A stretch of DNA of 64,000 nucleotides from an uncultured Solirubrobacterales bacterium (GTDB taxonomy: Bacteria; Actinomycetota; Thermoleophilia; Solirubrobacterales; Solirubrobacteraceae). The stretch is from NCBI GenBank assembly GCA_963695965.1, contig CAVOIU010000031.1:41341-105340 (forward strand). Direction: 5' to 3'. The notes beneath the pieces were generated by a model that worked only from the letters and a program-made list of their open reading frames with translations, made no database searches and was not told the DNA's origin. A program made the translations under genes and the position numbers. Below, piece by piece: positions 62,093 through 64,000 of the stretch. Numbering within the stretch: position 1 is the first letter of the stretch; each line of letters begins with the position of its first letter.

Positions 62093-63073
62093 ATGGCTGC
62101 GATCAGCATCGTGTTGCCCACGCTGGGCAATCACGAGGTCCTCGGCCGGGTGCTCGACGGACTCCAGCACCAGGACGCTCCGCCGGGCAGCTTCGAGCTG
62201 ATCGTCGTCGCCGATCGCGACGAGCCGGACCCCGACGCCGTTGGGCGCGCGGTCGGAGGGCGCCCGTACCCGGCCGGGCTGCTTCGCGGCGATTTCCCGG
62301 GGGTTTCGGCCAACCGGAACATCGGCTGGCGTGCCGCCCGGGCGCCCGTGGTGCTGTTCATCGACAACGACACGATCCCGGCCGTGAGCCTGGTCTCCGA
62401 GCACCTGGACTCGCACCGGCGCTGGCCGGCCGTCGAACAGGCGGTGGTGGGCCTGGTGCGCTGGGCACCGGACGTCAGGGTGAGCCCATTCATGAAGTGG
62501 CTGGAGTACGGACTTCAGTTCCAGTACGAGAGCATCAGGGGCCAGGACGCGAGCTGGGCGCACCTTTACAGCGCGAACGCGTCGATCAAGCGCTCGCTGC
62601 TCGAGCGGGTCGGCGGGTACGACGAGGAGCGTCTGCCCTACGGCTATGAGGACATCGACTGGGGCTACCGGGCTCACCAACACGGGTTGCGCGTGAAGTT
62701 CAACCCGCGGGCCGTCGTCGAGCATCACAGGACGATGACCGTTGCCGACTGGCAGGCGCGCGCACAGCGGCTGGCCGTGAGCGAATGGCGCTTCTGCCAG
62801 CTGCACCCCGAGATCGCTCCGTTCTTTCAGCTGATGTTCTCAAGGGCGGCACGGAGCCCGAGCTACGGGCGCAAGGCCGCGGCGATCTCGCGTTTTGTTC
62901 CCCGGCGGACGCCGTTGATCGGCCGTCACGTGTGGGACCGGGCCGGGCACCACTGGCGCCAGCAGATCGCACCCTTCTTCCTCGCGGTCTGGGAGGCGGC
63001 GGAGGCTGGTGATGCGCCCGAGCTTCAGCCGGCCGTCGCGGCGCTCGCCGAGCGGTCCGGCTCCGCACGCTGA
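62093..63073 (+). CDS. Glycosyltransferase family 2
   Basis: ISIVLPT, FIDND and GYEDIDWGYR. Confidence 0.88.
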   Translation: MAAISIVLPTLGNHEVLGRVLDGLQHQDAPPGSFELIVVADRDEPDPDAVGRAVGGRPYPAGLLRGDFPGVSANRNIGWRAARAPVVLFIDNDTIPAVSLVSEHLDSHRRWPAVEQAVVGLVRWAPDVRVSPFMKWLEYGLQFQYESIRGQDASWAHLYSANASIKRSLLERVGGYDEERLPYGYEDIDWGYRAHQHGLRVKFNPRAVVEHHRTMTVADWQARAQRLAVSEWRFCQLHPEIAPFFQLMFSRAARSPSYGRKAAAISRFVPRRTPLIGRHVWDRAGHHWRQQIAPFFLAVWEAAEAGDAPELQPAVAALAERSGSAR

Positions 63074-63095
63074 ACAGCTCTAGCTCGTATCCGGG

Positions 63096-63923
63096 TCAGG
63101 GCGCGGATCCCAGTGCCCAGCCGTGGACCATCCCCCGTTCGTGCAGGATTCGCCACCCGGGGTTGACCCACCGACGGGGGAGGCGCTCGCGCGCGTAGCC
63201 GGGACCACGCGGCAGCAGGTAGGGGCCGCCGCCGCGCACCGACTCGAATCCGGCCTTCTCGAGGTATCGACGCAACCCGCGAACGTTCGGCTCCCACCAA
63301 AAAGGCCGTCCCGGGAGCAGCGTCAAATGGTGGACGGGCCGCCGTGGATGGCGCAGCGACAGCGACAACGAGACGCCATCGTTCACGAGCGCTCGACCGC
63401 CGGGTCGCAGAACCTTGCGCACGGCGGTCAGGGCCCGCACCGGCTCGGACAGGTGCAGCAGGAGCGTGCCCACGAACGCGAAGTCGAACTCGCCGATCTC
63501 GTCGCGCTCAAGGTCGTACACGGAGAGATCGCGCCGGATCACCTTCGAATTCAGCGCCCGGTGTGCGTATGCGAACGCGGCGGGTCGTTCGCGTCTGTCG
63601 GCCAGCGCTGCGTCGGATAACTCCTCGGGAACGGGCTCGGAGATGTCCACGCGGGCCGGGTCGTCCAGGTCGATCGCGACCACCTCGGCCGCAGCTCGCC
63701 GCTCCATCTCAAATGCCCAGAACCCGTCGTGCGTCCCGACGTCGAGACAGCGGAGCCCGGCCAGGCTGTGCGGAAACGGGATCTTCCGCAACGCCCGGCG
63801 CGTGTCGTACTCCCCGGGGGTCACAGTGCCCCCCGGAAGCTCGATCGTGTGATACCAGCGGGGCGCCGGGCCGATGGCCGGCGGCGCAGGCGTCCGAGGA
63901 TGTTTCGCGGGCATTTCGGCCAT
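63096..63923 (-). CDS. SAM-dependent methyltransferase (CmoB/DUF1698-like)
   Basis: WYHTIELPGGTVTPG, LDVGTHDGFWAFE and LLLHLSEP. Confidence 0.85.
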   Translation of the reverse strand: MAEMPAKHPRTPAPPAIGPAPRWYHTIELPGGTVTPGEYDTRRALRKIPFPHSLAGLRCLDVGTHDGFWAFEMERRAAAEVVAIDLDDPARVDISEPVPEELSDAALADRRERPAAFAYAHRALNSKVIRRDLSVYDLERDEIGEFDFAFVGTLLLHLSEPVRALTAVRKVLRPGGRALVNDGVSLSLSLRHPRRPVHHLTLLPGRPFWWEPNVRGLRRYLEKAGFESVRGGGPYLLPRGPGYARERLPRRWVNPGWRILHERGMVHGWALGSAP

Positions 63924-64000
63924 CTGCTTCTCTCTGCCTCCACGTGCGGGTACCCCGAAATCTACGCGAGCCAGCGCTGGGCGCGCGGGAGCTCTGGGTG

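Overview
This is a high-GC chromosomal segment whose gene content and order fit an actinobacterium, most likely Thermoleophilia/Solirubrobacterales (inference). The housekeeping backbone is dgt-dnaG, tRNA-Asn, malate synthase, tRNA(CAT), pdxST, a split PutA, PMM/PGM, CDP-glucose genes, yebC, ruvCAB, secDF, recJ, rel and msrA. From about 50.4 kb to the end lies a surface-polysaccharide cluster with glycosyltransferases, a flippase, two sulfatase-fold proteins and five methyltransferases. At least ten genes carry single-base frameshifts, which are most simply explained as long-read assembly errors. Four features stand out. (1) A LexA-boxed 2xHTH/Zn-finger/HNH nuclease gene ends 14 nt before tRNA-Asn. 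(2) An orphan two-gene module encodes a replication-relaxation nuclease and a TraD/VirD4-like ATPase, with no integrase or mating-pair genes. (3) A SAM-I riboswitch precedes a threonine-synthase-like gene followed by a C-terminal-GG sulfur carrier, suggesting thiocarboxylate-dependent homocysteine synthesis. (4) A 35-bp direct-plus-inverted repeat cluster sits upstream of recJ. All family assignments come from motif recognition by eye; no database searches were run.
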